Origin: Mobula hypostoma
Lineage: Eukaryota
Reading direction: 5' to 3'
NCBI RefSeq assembly: GCF_963921235.1
Contig: NC_086114.1
Coordinates: 53,196,001 to 53,260,000 of the forward strand
Length of the DNA stretch: 64,000 nt
The position numbers and the translations under genes are program-made. The notes under the pieces were generated by a model that saw only the letters and a list, made by a program, of their open reading frames with translations, made no database searches and had not been told where the DNA came from. This document shows, in pieces, positions 1 through 11,904 of this stretch (position 1 is the first letter of the stretch; each line of letters opens with the position of its first letter).

Positions 1-926
1 GCCCAGGTGATCCGCGCCCTGCCCAGGTGAACCGCACCCTGCCTAGGAGGAGATTCCAAGCCTTGCCTCAAGTCTCCTGCCTCCTGCCTCCAGCCTCGCC
101 TCGTCTCAAGTCTCAAGCCTCAAGCCATAAGGCTCCATCCTCAAGCCTCAAGCCTCAATCCTGAAGGCGCCATCCTCTTGCACAGCCTCATGCCCGAAGG
201 CTCCAGCCTCCTGCCTAAGCCCCAAGCCCAAATGCTCCAGCCTCCTGCCTAGCCTCAAGCCCGAAGACTCCAGCCTCAAGCTTCAAGCCTGAAGGCTCCA
301 GCCTCCAGCCTCAAGCTTCAAGCCTGAAGGCTCCTGCCTCCAGCCTCAAGCGTCAAGCCTGAAGGCTCCAGCCTCCTGCCCGGCCTCAAGCCCAAAGGCT
401 CCAGCCTCCTGCCCGGCCTCAAGCCCGAAGGCTCCAGCCTCCTGCCTAGCCTCAAGCCCGAAGACTCCAGCCTCCTGCCTAGCCTCAAGCCCGAAGGCTC
501 TGGCCTCTTGCTTAGCCTCAAGCCCGAAGACTCCAGCCTCCTGCCTAGCCTCAAGTCCGAAGACTCCAGCCTCGTGCCTAGCCTCTTGCCAAACCAAGTC
601 AAGTCTCTAGCCTCGAGCCTCTTGCCAAGCCAAGCCAAGCCAAGTCTCTAGCCTCTAGCTTCTAGCCTGAAGACTCCAGCCACGTCCTGCCTGCCTGCCA
701 AGCCTCGTCCTTGCCTAGTTCTGGGGTCCGAGCCAGAGGTAAGACCCAGGTACTGGGTCCTTGTCCAGTCTCTGGCTTGGAGTCCAAGCCCCAGCTCCTA
801 GCTCTCCTGTTCAGTCCTGTTTCAGGTTCCTGGTTTTCCTGTCCATGCCCTTGCCATCACCCTGTATCCTACTTCAGTGTCTGTGTCTTGCACTTGGGTC
901 CGCTCCAACCACCCCACCATATGACA
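1..926 (+). mobile_element. Solo-LTR-like element A (3' part; begins before the window) with internal 33-bp minisatellite
   Basis: Ends ...catatgaca at 926 followed by agaac. It is homologous to the complete copy at 25447-26587, which has TG..CA ends and a 5-bp TSD (agaac). Confidence 0.7.
190..585. repeat. 33-bp minisatellite (gcctcaagcccgaaggctccagcctcctgccta)n
   Basis: Tandem units visible directly; they produce the 11-aa periodic ORFs (LEPSGLRLGRR). Confidence 0.9.
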
Positions 927-1344
927 AGAACAAGAAGAGACAAACACCAAAGAACGACAGACAGTTCCATCTCTGCTCCAGGGAAGCTCCGAGTCTCAGT
1001 TCAGCTAGCAACCTCAGCTGGCCCAGGAAACAGCCAAATCCATACCACAAAGACTACTGCAACAAGTAGCAACAAGGTTCCATGAAGCAGAGGTCCTCCA
1101 ACCAGGCCTAAGGATCACAAATGTTTTCACTAACATTCCATCAGCAGGTTTTCTCCAATGGGGACTGAATGCAGACTTTACACATTTATTCCTCATTCCT
1201 TGGTGAAGTGAGCTTCTGTGCCTTCTTCCTGGTCATTCTCACCTCAGTCTCAATCCTTAATTCAATGGCCATTGCCTTGTGGAAAGTCCCTCCATCTGAT
1301 AATAAACTTCAGGTGGTAGGACATTCTCTTACTCACTAACAGTA

Positions 1345-1660
1345 AGGCGTTCCTTCCCTCCGCTAGCCTGCAGGTCACCCTTGGGCAACGTATAACACCT
1401 GCTTAGCACCCCCACTCATCAGGGTCACATGAAGTCATGAGAGCTGGTGGTTGGTGATATGAGTAGCTGGTGCATAGCACAAGTCAAGCAGACAATCTCT
1501 GAAGTGTTTTGATAATGGCCGGGGTCACCCCTCTTGTAAAGACCACCGCCCAGAAGATGGCAAAGACAAACAACGTCGGAAGAAAAATTAGCCAAGAACA
1601 ACCATGATCAGGACCATGATCGCCCACGTCATATGACACGACACATAATGAATGAATGAT
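1345..1660 (+). mobile_element. RTE-tailed SINE-like repeat; paralogs at ~27005-27320 and ~51260-51570, other family members at ~20770-21100 and ~21370-21540
   Basis: Multi-copy within the window, (aatg)n tail, and a gaaga(a/t)ggcaa..acc motif like RTE/Bov-B 3' ends. Confidence 0.6.
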
Positions 1661-3726
1661 CTTATGAGACCATAAATCATAGGGGAAGAATTAGGCCATT
1701 CGGCCAAATGAGTCTGTTCCTCGGTTAAACCATGGCTGGTTTATTATCCCCATTCTGCTGCCTTCGTCCCATAACGTTTGACATCTTTTCTAACCAAGAA
1801 GCTATCAACCTGTCGTGGCACATTCCAGTAAAAAAAATTCCAGCTGCACAGCAACGAAGGCTATGTGCGCGGGAGCATTTCAGTTACTGCGCGGCCGCGC
1901 ACCCGCGCAGCTTAGAGGAGACGGTGGAGGAGAGGCTTCTGAGTTCCTGACATCCCGAGAGCGATACCGTCTGGAGTTTAGCCATCTGGCGCTTAGCTCC
2001 TGGTAGGGTCACCCATCGCGGTAAAATCAAGAGAGAGGTTCTGGACAAATAGTGATCCAACCAAGACCTCAGTGGTAGAGCAGCGTGAGATGATGACACG
2101 TCACAACGGCAGAGGAAGGCTACAGCAGTGAAGGCCCCCAGTATACTATGCCACTGTAAACGTGAGGACGCACCGATAGACAAGCCCTTTGGAGAATATC
2201 GTACTCGGCTCGAGTGATCGCAGTACCCTACATGACCCACATCAGCAACCTCTGTAAGGTCAATAAGGTCACTCCTCCGCCTCCGTGGCTCCGGGGAAAA
2301 CTGTCTCAGCCAAAACTGTGTCTCCGGGTAACGTGCTCGTGGATCTTCTCTCATAGCCTTTCTGGCTTAACGATGCCCTTCCATGATGTGTAAATATATT
2401 TCCCGTCCCGATTTTCGCAGGATCTAAGTACTCTAACTCCCGTCCCAACAGCACTGTGGGAACAAGTTCACCAGATGGACGTTTGCGGTTCAAGGAGGAG
2501 GCTCTCCCCCCGACCCCTCTCAAAGGCAAACAGGAAATGGGCAACGAAAGCTCATTTTGATTGACGACCTGTGTCTAATGTTGGAACCATTTCATTGGCT
2601 GCAGGTAGCTTTGGGTCGATTTGAGACTTCAAAGGTATTAGATTTTAAACAGCACTACGAAAGTTAAAATTGAAAACGGAGAGGGAAATAGGATTGCAAA
2701 CACAAATCAATGAACCTATCAACCTCTCTTGTGCCGTATCATAGAACAATTGAAAAGTTAATATTATCAAGGACGTCACGTTTATTTTTAACCTATTTAA
2801 CAGTTTAAGGAAATGTTAAACACCTCAGATCCGGTACGGAAACGATAGAAAGATATAATCGAACCATATAACTTTCACTGGGATCTGTGAGTTGTATCTA
2901 GCGTAAACTATGGTTAATCTGAACAACATCACCCCACCCCGACCCGCGTTTACTTTCTCAGTTGATATAAATGGAACAGTTTCACAAGGATTTCACCCGA
3001 GTCACCGGGAAATTGAGAATGTAAATTATCTGGGGAACTACATCCTCGGTTGATATATAAAACAAATAAAATAGGCATCGTGGAGGCTTTTAAAGTGATA
3101 TTAAGGATTCACTTGCCCACACAGTCGCATTTTGAAATAATGTGCAGAGGTCAGCGTGATCGGAAGGTATGGATACTAAGTGCTGTATCGGAACTACTGA
3201 CACAAACAGTTCTGTTCTCGATGAAAAATGGACGTAATTGTGTATAATTTACTCCCAGGGCAGCGCTTCTGGCACGATGCCGCGCTATATTTAGACGTGG
3301 TAGAGAGATAGAGGGTCTCAAACGCAAGGTGATTCTGGATTACTTTCTTCTGCCCTGAGCTCTCTGCTGGAGGGGCGAATGGGTCTCTGAGCTGGCGTGA
3401 AGGCAGACGTTGCCGGCTCTTGCTCCATCCCGCACCGGCACAAACGCATCTCCTCCGAGAGTTGGGCGATCGCAGATAACCGAGAAGTTGAGAATTTGAA
3501 AGTAAATAAAGCGAAGAGGAGTCTCTAGTCTAACCGCGCCTCGAGACTCACATTTTCACCTAGGGATCACTAGACTCCCCTCCTGCCTCATTAGCCCGAC
3601 CATCTCTCGCTACATATTTCACTTGTTCCCTCTCTGATGTCCCAACACCGACCAGAGCTGGTCCTCAGTGCATTAGTCATCCGTGCTGAGGATTCGACTG
3701 GGCGCCGCCCATCGTCCCCGGGAAAG

Positions 3727-3734
3727 TATAAAAA
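3727..3734 (+). promoter_or_regulatory. TATA box of NMB copy 1
   Basis: TATAAAAA 114 nt upstream of the ATG, preceded by a GC box (tgggcgccgccca); conserved in all three copies. Confidence 0.75.
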
Positions 3735-3840
3735 GAACAGAGCAATGAAGCAACGAGACAGAACCCGGGAAACCGCGAGACGCTTTGCCCACAGGGAGAG
3801 AAAAGGAAAGAAAACGAGAGAGACAGAGTGTGAGGCAAGA

Positions 3841-4003
3841 ATGACAGCTCTCTGCAGCCGCGAGATGGGTTACCTCGGCTTCCTCGCTTACCTGGTTGTG
3901 TTTTCGTACTTGTCCGTGTCCTCCGCGGTCAGTCTAGATCTTACAGAAGCCAACAATGTTTCCAAGATCAAAGTCAATCCGAGAGGAAATCTGTGGGCCA
4001 CAG
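3841..4003 (+). CDS. NMB: Neuromedin B precursor copy 1, exon 1 (signal peptide plus N-terminal part of NMB); CDS join(3841..4003,5661..5848,12202..12261), 136 aa
   Basis: MTALCSREMGYLGFLAYLVVFSYLSVSSAVSLDLTEANNVSKIKVNPRGNLWAT(G); hydrophobic signal; phase-1 donor AG|GTAAGG. Confidence 0.95.
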
Positions 4004-5057
4004 GTAAGGTAACGGCGTGTCCAGGGCAGTGAGTGTGGGTCTCGGGGAAGGGGGTCTTATCTCCGGTTGGGCTCACATTTACAGTCGGAGGAAGGATTAG
4101 GCAATGCTCAAGATGCTGGAGGAACTCAGCGAGTCGGGCAGCATCTATAGCGAGAAATCGACAGTGAACGTTTGAGGTCGCGACGCCTTGATGAATGTTG
4201 TGTCATGCACCTTGTGTGTTGCTCCAAATTCCAGCATCCGCGGTCTTTTGGATCTCCACACCTTCGATGGTGTCGGGAATCAGTGCCTATCCAAACTGGG
4301 GAAGGGGAAGGTAGAGCATTTACAATTAACCATGTTTGTACGTTAGCTGTTTGAGCTCCTTAAAGTGCCATAGAGTCACAGAGCACAACAGCAAAGGAGC
4401 AGACCCTTCGGCCCATCTAGTCCATGCCAATCTGTTATTCTGCCTAGTTCCATTGACCCGAGCTGGAGCATGGCCCTCCATCCCCTCCCATCCATCTACT
4501 TATCCAAACGTCTCCCAAATTATGATTTAAAACCGTAAGACAGTAAGACACGGGGGCAGAATTAGGCCATTTCCCCTGTGGAGTCTTCTCCACCATCAGG
4601 TGGTATCTGATTTATTATTCCTCTCAACCCCATTCCCGTATCCTTCGACGCTCTTACTAATGAGGAGCTTTCCAATCTCTGCTTTAAGTATACCAGATGA
4701 TAAATATTGAGTTAAATATACCAGTAGTCAAACATTTTATCCGTGAAATAAAACAAGAATAGTTTGGAAGCTCTTTTAATTTTACTATCATTGCTACTTC
4801 GCACAGCTAAGGGAATGGCCTGGTCCCGCCCTCGTTCTCTGGAATTGTACCATCTCTTCTCTTCATTCCTCTACCTGTTATCCGTTTCCACCGCCCAGGT
4901 GAGTGTAAGGAGTCTGTGTACGAATGTTGCTGGCCAGTAGATGGCAGTGTAGGTGTTATGAGGAGAGGAAGCAGTCAAACCTGTGGTACCTCATCCTCCA
5001 AACCTGTAAATGGGCCGCATGTGGTGAACAAGGTTCCGCCAGGGAAACTGACCTCTC

Positions 5058-5185
5058 ACCACGGAGGTGCAGCGGAAAGAGCAATTGCCTCGCACCTCCA
5101 GAGATCCGGGTCCGATCCTGACCTCCGGTGCTCTCTGGGTGGAGTTCGCACGTTCGCCTTGTGATCGCGTGGAATTCCTTGGGTT
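5058..5185 (+). mobile_element. V-SINE/HE1-like tRNA-derived SINE fragment in intron 1 (also in copies 2 and 3)
   Basis: Degenerate A/B boxes (gggtccgatcc) followed by a V-domain-like tggagttcgcacgttc segment. Confidence 0.6.
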
Positions 5186-5660
5186 AACTGAAGGCTGCAA
5201 TGTGATTCAAGTGTGTAAACGACAAATGAACTATGCAAATACAAAAACAGAAAAAATAATAATAAATAAATAATAGATATCGAGAACATATTATTCCCCC
5301 CGGCCCAAGAGCCTTATGGTTGAGGGTAATAACTTTTCCTGAACCTGGTGTTGTTGGACCTGAGGCTCATGTACCTGCTTCTTGATGGGAGCAGCGACAA
5401 GAGACATTGGCCTGGGTGGTGGGGGTCCTCGATGATGGACGCTGCGACGGCGTCCTTTGTAAATGCAATGTCGGAGAACGCAGGGTTAAGGTACGACTAG
5501 CATAAAGATGGGAGTTGATGATGGGCCGAAGGGCTTGTTTCAGTCTCTGTGACTCTACTGGGTGGCTGCTTTGAGACGATGCATTTGACAACACACCAGA
5601 TGTTCGCGGGGGCACAGCCCAGATGACTCCGCTGTGACGATCTCTATTGTTGGGTCGCAG

Positions 5661-5848
5661 GACACTTTATGGGAAAGAAGAGCCTGTCAGATTATCCAGA
5701 TGGATATGACGATACTCCGGCGCTACTCCCTCTCACCTCTCCCGAAGACACTAAGACTATCGGGAGCCTGCTGAGCCGGAGGATGCTGGAAATCGCCCTG
5801 GCCCAAGAAGCAAAGGGGAAGCGAGTGAGATACGGCTCCGGAGCCCAG
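5661..5848 (+). CDS. NMB: Neuromedin B copy 1, exon 2 (HFM-GKK and C-terminal extension)
   Basis: Acceptor tcgcag|GA CAC TTT ATG GGA AAG AAG completes GNLWATGHFM-GKK; phase-0 donor CAG|GTAACG. Confidence 0.95.
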
Positions 5849-7222
5849 GTAACGCCGCGAGTGCAAATATATTTCAGGATACAGCGGACAGTGCGGACGA
5901 AGGTGGTGGTATGAACGGTGCCAATCCACCCGCACGTTCTCCTGTATTCAATATATTTTCCCGATCGATGTGTACATGTTGGGTACTTCCTTTAGGAGAG
6001 ACAATAGACGCGAGACAGCTCCCTCGAGTCCGCAATAACCATCAAACATACATCTTCCTCCCGTTTGATTCTCAATCATTTTATTCCCACCAGCTCCCCC
6101 AGATTGTACCGCTCACCAACTCGTTAGGGTCAATTTAAATCGCACAATTAACATCATCCCGCGTGTCTGAGAGACGTGGGAGGAAACTGCAGCACAGGCG
6201 GGAAGTCCGTACCGCACTTTCTCTGTAACTGTTACACTTCATTCTACTTCGTTTTTGTATTACCTTGTTCTACCTCAATGAACCGTGTGCTGATTTGATC
6301 TGTATGAACAGTATGCAAGACAAGCTTTTCACTGTAACTCGGTACATGTGACAATAATAAGCCAATACAAATAACAATAACCCACCTGATCAGACGGAAA
6401 CGTACAAAACCTACACTTTCAGCGCCCGAGGTCAGGATTGACCCTGCGTCTGTCGAATCTGCCAGCTCTCAGATGGTCAGTCAGTTTTACCGAGCACCTG
6501 CCTTCAAACATTCTTCAGACGTCCCTCGACGGGGATCTCGGCCTGCCGACCCACTCCGGCTACCTCAGAGGTACTCGGCGATTGGCATCCGCCCGATTCG
6601 CAAGCTCGAAGCCTTCCAGCCCAGAGCGAAAAAGCCCAGACGTGGACGAACCTGCCCTTTCACTGGATTCCACATTACAGAGGCCCTTAGTGATTGTGTG
6701 TGGAAACAACAGACAACCAAATGGGTTGCTGAAAAGACCAACTAAATTTCTCGTCATCTGAATCAGTGATAATACATTTAATTCTGATTTTGTGCCATGT
6801 GTTAGAAATATCCATTAAATAGACCACATGTATTTCCTGTCAGGGGCCGGTCTGTTTCAGCGCTTGAGGTCAAAGTCAATGTCCAAAGTCCGGTTAATTG
6901 TCACAGGCTCAAGTTCATGTCCAGTACATCTCCCCTACTGGTACACAGACTGCTGACGGCAGCCCACCAGAGTGCACTATCCTGGCCAGTCCCTCAAGCT
7001 GTCCCCATGTGTAGCCCATCTTCCAAGATCCTTCCTCTTCCCTGAATGAGGTCTTTGGTGCTTCTGTTGGTTTTTTCTTTAGCTATGGGTTTTTTTATGG
7101 ATGGAGTTACTGGCCACATTCTCAACCCTCCTCCTTTGGCGTGATACATGTATGCACAGGTGCAATGAGAAACTTAGTCAATCCGTGTCACGGGCACAAA
7201 AGAAAGTTAAATGATAGGTGAA

Positions 7223-7476
7223 CACGAGGAATTCTGCAGATGCTGGAAATTCAAGCAATGCACATCAAAGTTGCTGGTGAATGCAGCAGGCCAGGCAGCA
7301 TCTCTAGGAAGAGGTACCGTCGACATTTCGGGCCAAGACCCTTCATCAGGACTAACTGAAAGAAGAGCTGGTAAGAGAGTAAGAAATCTCTTACTGACTC
7401 TTCTTTCAGTTAGTCCTGACGAAGGGTCTCAGCCTGAAACGTCGATGGTACCTCTTCCTAGAGATGCTGCCTGGCC
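7223..7476. mobile_element. Short Penelope pLTR-derived insertion with inverted arms (copy 1-specific)
   Basis: 15-bp TSD taaatgataggtgaa (7208-7222, 7477-7491); the site is empty in copies 2 and 3; homologous to the Penelope end at 14119-14290. Confidence 0.85.
7413..7446 (+). ncRNA. Minimal hammerhead-ribozyme motif of Penelope pLTR type
   Basis: gtc-CTGACGA-agg gtctcag cct-GAAAC-GTC-gat: both core boxes intact with a short stem II. Confidence 0.5.
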
Positions 7477-8338
7477 TAAATGATAGGTGAAGTGCATTTA
7501 AAATTGGAGTCAAACATAGAACATTACATCACAGTACAGGCCCTTTGGCCAACCTTTTAACCTACTCCAAGATCAATCTAACCCTTCCCTCCTACATAAC
7601 CCTCCACTTTTCTGTTATCCACATGGCCGTCTAAGAACTTCTTAAATGCCCTCGTGTATCTGTCTTTACCACCGCCCCTGGCAGGGCATTCCACGCACTC
7701 ACCACTGTTTGTGTAAAGAACGTATCTCTGTCATCCCAGCTATGCCTCACTCCAATCACCTTAAAATGACACCCCATCGTATTAGCCATGTCTGCGTTGG
7801 GAAAAGTTTCTGTCTATCCACTTTATTTATACCTCTTCTAATCTTTCACACCTCTGTCAAGTCACTTCTCATTCTCCTTTGCTCCAAACAGAAAATCCCT
7901 CCCTCACTCAACCTATCTTCAAAAGACATGCTCTCCAATTCATGCATCCTTTAAAAGTTTTGGATATATTGCATTAAAATAACTATTTTATGTGAGAAAA
8001 GTAAGGTGTGCAATGCAACAGGTCTATTGTATGTTCGGGTCCAACTGATGGACCTTAACAGTAATATTTTTCAAAACACTGGAATTCTGATATCTTGGTA
8101 AGACTAGATGCAGTGGGTAATCATGTTTTTCCACACCATTATCAGATTCCACGACTCCCTTTTGTTCCATAACAATTCTCCCCGCTGCAATTCTGGCAAA
8201 CAAGTGTTTTATCTTAATTCGACCATTCTGTAAACTTCCCTTTGCAAGGACACAAATCTTATTAAATCCCTTCCAGACTTTCAAAACATAATTAAGCACA
8301 CTGACACATGTTTTCAAATCAGACCATAGTTCTCTGAG

Positions 8339-9177
8339 TTATGTCAAAGGTCCCTTTGACCTGTAACTGAACACAGGTTCCAACAAACTACCCTCCAATG
8401 GCTTCTGAATCGAATCTCCAACAATAAATAAGAGGAGAGGAACCCCCTCATCCCAATTTTTCCCATTTTTCACACAATATGCTTCAATCATACTCTTAAG
8501 AGTTGAGTTGACCCATTCCAAGGCTCCCTTGGACACCGTGTGATATGCAGTTGACACCATGTGCCTAGCTTCCAATTCTCTAACTATCCCCTGGAATGTT
8601 CTTGAAATAAAGTTACTGCCCTGGTCAAATTGAATTTCTTTGGGCAGACCTACCAGTGTGAAAAACTTACTGAATAACTTCACCACAGACTTGGCCTGGA
8701 TGTTTCTGAGAGGCACAGCTTCAGGGAACCGAGACACAGCACACACAATTGTTAACGCATACTGACAATCAGCTGCAGTCTTTGGCAATGGGCCTACACA
8801 ATGCACTATGACCCTAGAAAAAGATTCACCAAAAGCAGGTATCGGTTTAAGTGGTGTTATTTGAATAACCTGATTAGATTTCCCCTCAACTTGACAGGTA
8901 TGGCATGTCCTATTAAAATTCACAACATCATTCCTTAAACTAGGCCAGTAAATTTCCTTCATAATCCTGTTCGCTGTCTTCCTCGACGTCCACCTAAAGG
9001 CATACTGTGAGCCATGTTTAACATTTCAGCCCGGTACACTTTCGGAAACACCACGTGACTTGCAAGCACAGTGGCTGGTCTCCACTTCCTCATTAACATC
9101 ACGTCTTTAAGGTAATGTCCCACTGACTCTCTCTGAACCTCCTCTCCTGTGAGAGCTAGCTCCTTTAAAGCCATCAT
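8339..9177 (-). pseudogene. Gypsy integrase remnant (zinc finger plus rve core)
   Basis: AHSMPLGG..YWPSL..TCHTCQ..VGPLPK..SRFPEAVPL..FDQGSNF..STAYH; frameshifted and with degraded catalytic residues. Confidence 0.85.
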
Positions 9178-10791
9178 TTCAGAATCTCACTTCTGTTCCT
9201 CTATAAATTCCTTCCTCAATAAGGACAAACCTTTCCTTTTCTCCTTGCTCTCCTCAGCTTTACTACCCTCTAATTCCTGCTGAAATCTGGAAGGTAGAAA
9301 AGTCTGTGGTACATCATCATAATTTAAACCTCTGGTCTTGCTATCATAGGCCTCCACAGGCTGCTTAAACATACCTTGATTATCTGCGCATATGAAATGA
9401 ACATCTGTCTTTCTGTGTGGTTCCCTAACAACAGCTTTGCTCATCAGTTGAACAGCTGTATCAACCTTATCTTAGAGAGGTGTCAACATTCCTCCATTGT
9501 TTACTAGACTTAGCACCATCACCAGGCTTATAAGAACCTTGTATAAATTATGGAAGAGACCAAACAACCCTCCATCTGATTACGACCTTCATTTCGACTT
9601 GCTTCCATAACATCACACTGAATTACATGATGATGACCTTGCAGGTGTCCAAATGTCCAAACAAAATTCAACAGAGTAGCACATCTTTCCTCAGCAGGCC
9701 TTTGTCCTGCAAGTAGGGTCAAAGGTAATGCAACCAATCCAACCTGTTCCAGTACTTTATCCAAAAGTCCAGGAACAGCACTTTTCCCATTACTTTCAGC
9801 AAAACTTACCTTGCCAATTTTCACCTCATCACTAACTTTTAAAACACTGTCTAATACAGGAGACTGAGAATCCTCACATTCCACTGGTACCAAGGTTAAC
9901 CCCTTATTCACTGACCAAGATCATCTGACACAAAAAAAACTGCATTCCTTTTCAACCAAGTCAGACACCTCAGACTTTAACTGAGCTTCACACAAGGTTC
10001 AGAACTCCGTGAATTCAAAGGTACTTCAACAACCTGAACACAGGCAATCAGGACAGCTGCCTCTTCTGGACTGTCATCAGTTATCCCAGTTTCAAATTCA
10101 TAGGTCACCCCGAACCTCCCAGCTATTCTCTGGCAAACTCTCATCTGGAGTAAACTCAAGCTCGTGGGTCAAAATCTCTTTGTCTGCTTTCTTAGCAGAC
10201 CCCCACAAGATAGCGGCATCCTCTGCACCTAGGTATGCCCTTATATCATCAGGAACACAACTTTTAAATTCATCACACAAAACAAGCCCTTCCGAGCTGT
10301 AAAAATCATCAGGGTCCGACATTCAACCTCTCAGCTGCCACATCTCCCTTATCAACTGTCTCTGTCTTTGTGTCTCTTCTCTCTGTTTTTCTGCCTCTTC
10401 GGCCTCAAGCCGTTTCAGTTGCAACTCATGCTGTCTTTTCCTATCCTCAGTCTCCAGCCTGTATTTCTCCAGCTGAAGCTGAATCTCAGCCTCAGTAAGG
10501 TTACCTTCTGCGAATATTTTCAATACATTCTCAGTAAATTGTTTTGTCGAAACATAATATTCAACTATCTTCCTTTGAGTTTCTATCTTCGTCATACCCT
10601 TCTTTACCATTGTAAGCTTTAATTTCTTAACAATGTCACGCAACTCATACTTTCTAGCTTTCGTCAAGGCCATGGGGTTTGGTGATCCCAGAAATTCCGC
10701 AACATCAATTTCTGCTGTTTTTCCACACAACCAAATCAAAAGGGAACTTTCCCCCAATCAATTCAAACAAGCCTCTCGACAATTTGTTCAT

Positions 10792-10809
10792 ATCCCGGAC
10801 TAGCCCCCA
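10792..10809 (-). other. Primer-binding site complementary to the tRNA-Pro 3' end
   Basis: Minus strand TGGGGGCTAGTCCGGGAT, 1 mismatch to canonical TGGGGGCTCGTCCGGGAT, 4 nt from the LTR end. Confidence 0.85.
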
Positions 10810-11767
10810 ATTTTGTCATGTACCCCGTGATGGGAATGAAGAACCAGCAGAAATAAAAAACACTTTGGAGTCCAGTATTGCTATTAACTAATAATATTTA
10901 TCAGTAACTACTCAATACAGTAATACAAATGTAGATAAATCAAACAGGTTAGCAATGATTATATCAAAGTAAGTATGGAATGTATATGAAAATTAAGCTC
11001 CTTCAAGTCTAGAGGTAAAAAGATACAGTCTTAAAATGGTGAGTAAAGTTCAGTTCAGTTCGTGGTATTGAGTTGAGTCGTGATGGAGAGAGAGAGAGAG
11101 AGAGAGGGAGAGATTTGAGTCTTCAGGTGAGCTGACCCCATCGATCTTCTCGTTGTCCTCCAAAATTGTCCTCCAAAATCCTTTAAAAGTCACCGACTGT
11201 GACTTGAACAAAGAGGACCAGTCTTCTGTGGTACAGCTATCACCCAGGCAAGGTTGGACACATGGACAACTCCCCACCGGTCACTGCCTTTTCTTTTCAC
11301 TGCAAGAGCCACTGATCGATCTGCCTGATCGATCCTGTAAAAACCCACTTTTTCTGCGGGCACAACAAAGCTCATTCAGTGTCCGAACATGTGTCCGAGG
11401 TCTATATCATCTGACCTTCTATTTTATCTTCCCGTGCTGAGCACCAACTGTCTCTCAAATAACTCCTCCTTCCTTTCTCTGTGTAAGAAATGCAAGCAGG
11501 CAAAGGTCCTTGAGAAGTATCAACACACTGCCGAAAAATCATAATGTCGATTGTCCATTAAATAACGCTGCCTTCGGTCACCATAGCAACTTTCGAGCTG
11601 CTCAGTGCCATCTCTAACTCAGCAGAAATCCAAAAGTTAGCCAGTTCTTTCTCATGCCTTAAAGTGACAGTCCAATAGTTAGTCTTCTTCTCTCTCTCTC
11701 TTTCTTTCTCTCTCTCTTTTCAAAACGACATGTTGGTGTTAAATAACTCTCTCTCTCTCTTTTTATA

Positions 11768-11904
11768 AGCACAATTCTTAGGGGTAATCGAGCACAGTTC
11801 ATAGGGGTAATCGAGCACAGTTCATAGGGGTAATCGAGCACAGTTCATAGGGGTAATCGAGCACAGTTCATAGGGGTAATCAAGCACAGTTCATTGGGGT
11901 AATT
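11768..11904. repeat. 23-bp tandem repeat x6 inside the LTR (x2 in copy 2)
   Basis: (agcacagttcataggggtaatcg)n with no spacers. Confidence 0.9.

Noticed and set aside
1884-2544. 156-aa and 91-aa minus-strand ORFs upstream of NMB
   Set aside because: They overlap decayed MITE, RTE-like and SINE-tail fragments; no recognisable domain; truncated in copy 3.
3637-3840. N-terminal 68 aa of the 131-aa ORFs (also 29299 and 53886)
   Set aside because: These start codons lie upstream of, or only 18 nt after, the TATA box and would bury the signal peptide; ATG 3841 has A at -3.
3985-5680. Gastrin-releasing peptide (GRP) rather than NMB
   Set aside because: The decapeptide is GNLWATGHFM (NMB type); GRP has ..HWAVGHLM.
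5849-5914. Exon 2 read-through (VTPRVQ...) as the true C-terminus
   Set aside because: There is a good donor CAG|GTAACG and an in-phase, NMB-like exon 3 with a polyA signal; intron retention cannot be excluded but is unsupported.
11768-11904. CRISPR-like array
   Set aside because: Contiguous 23-bp units without spacers, inside a eukaryotic LTR; no cas genes.
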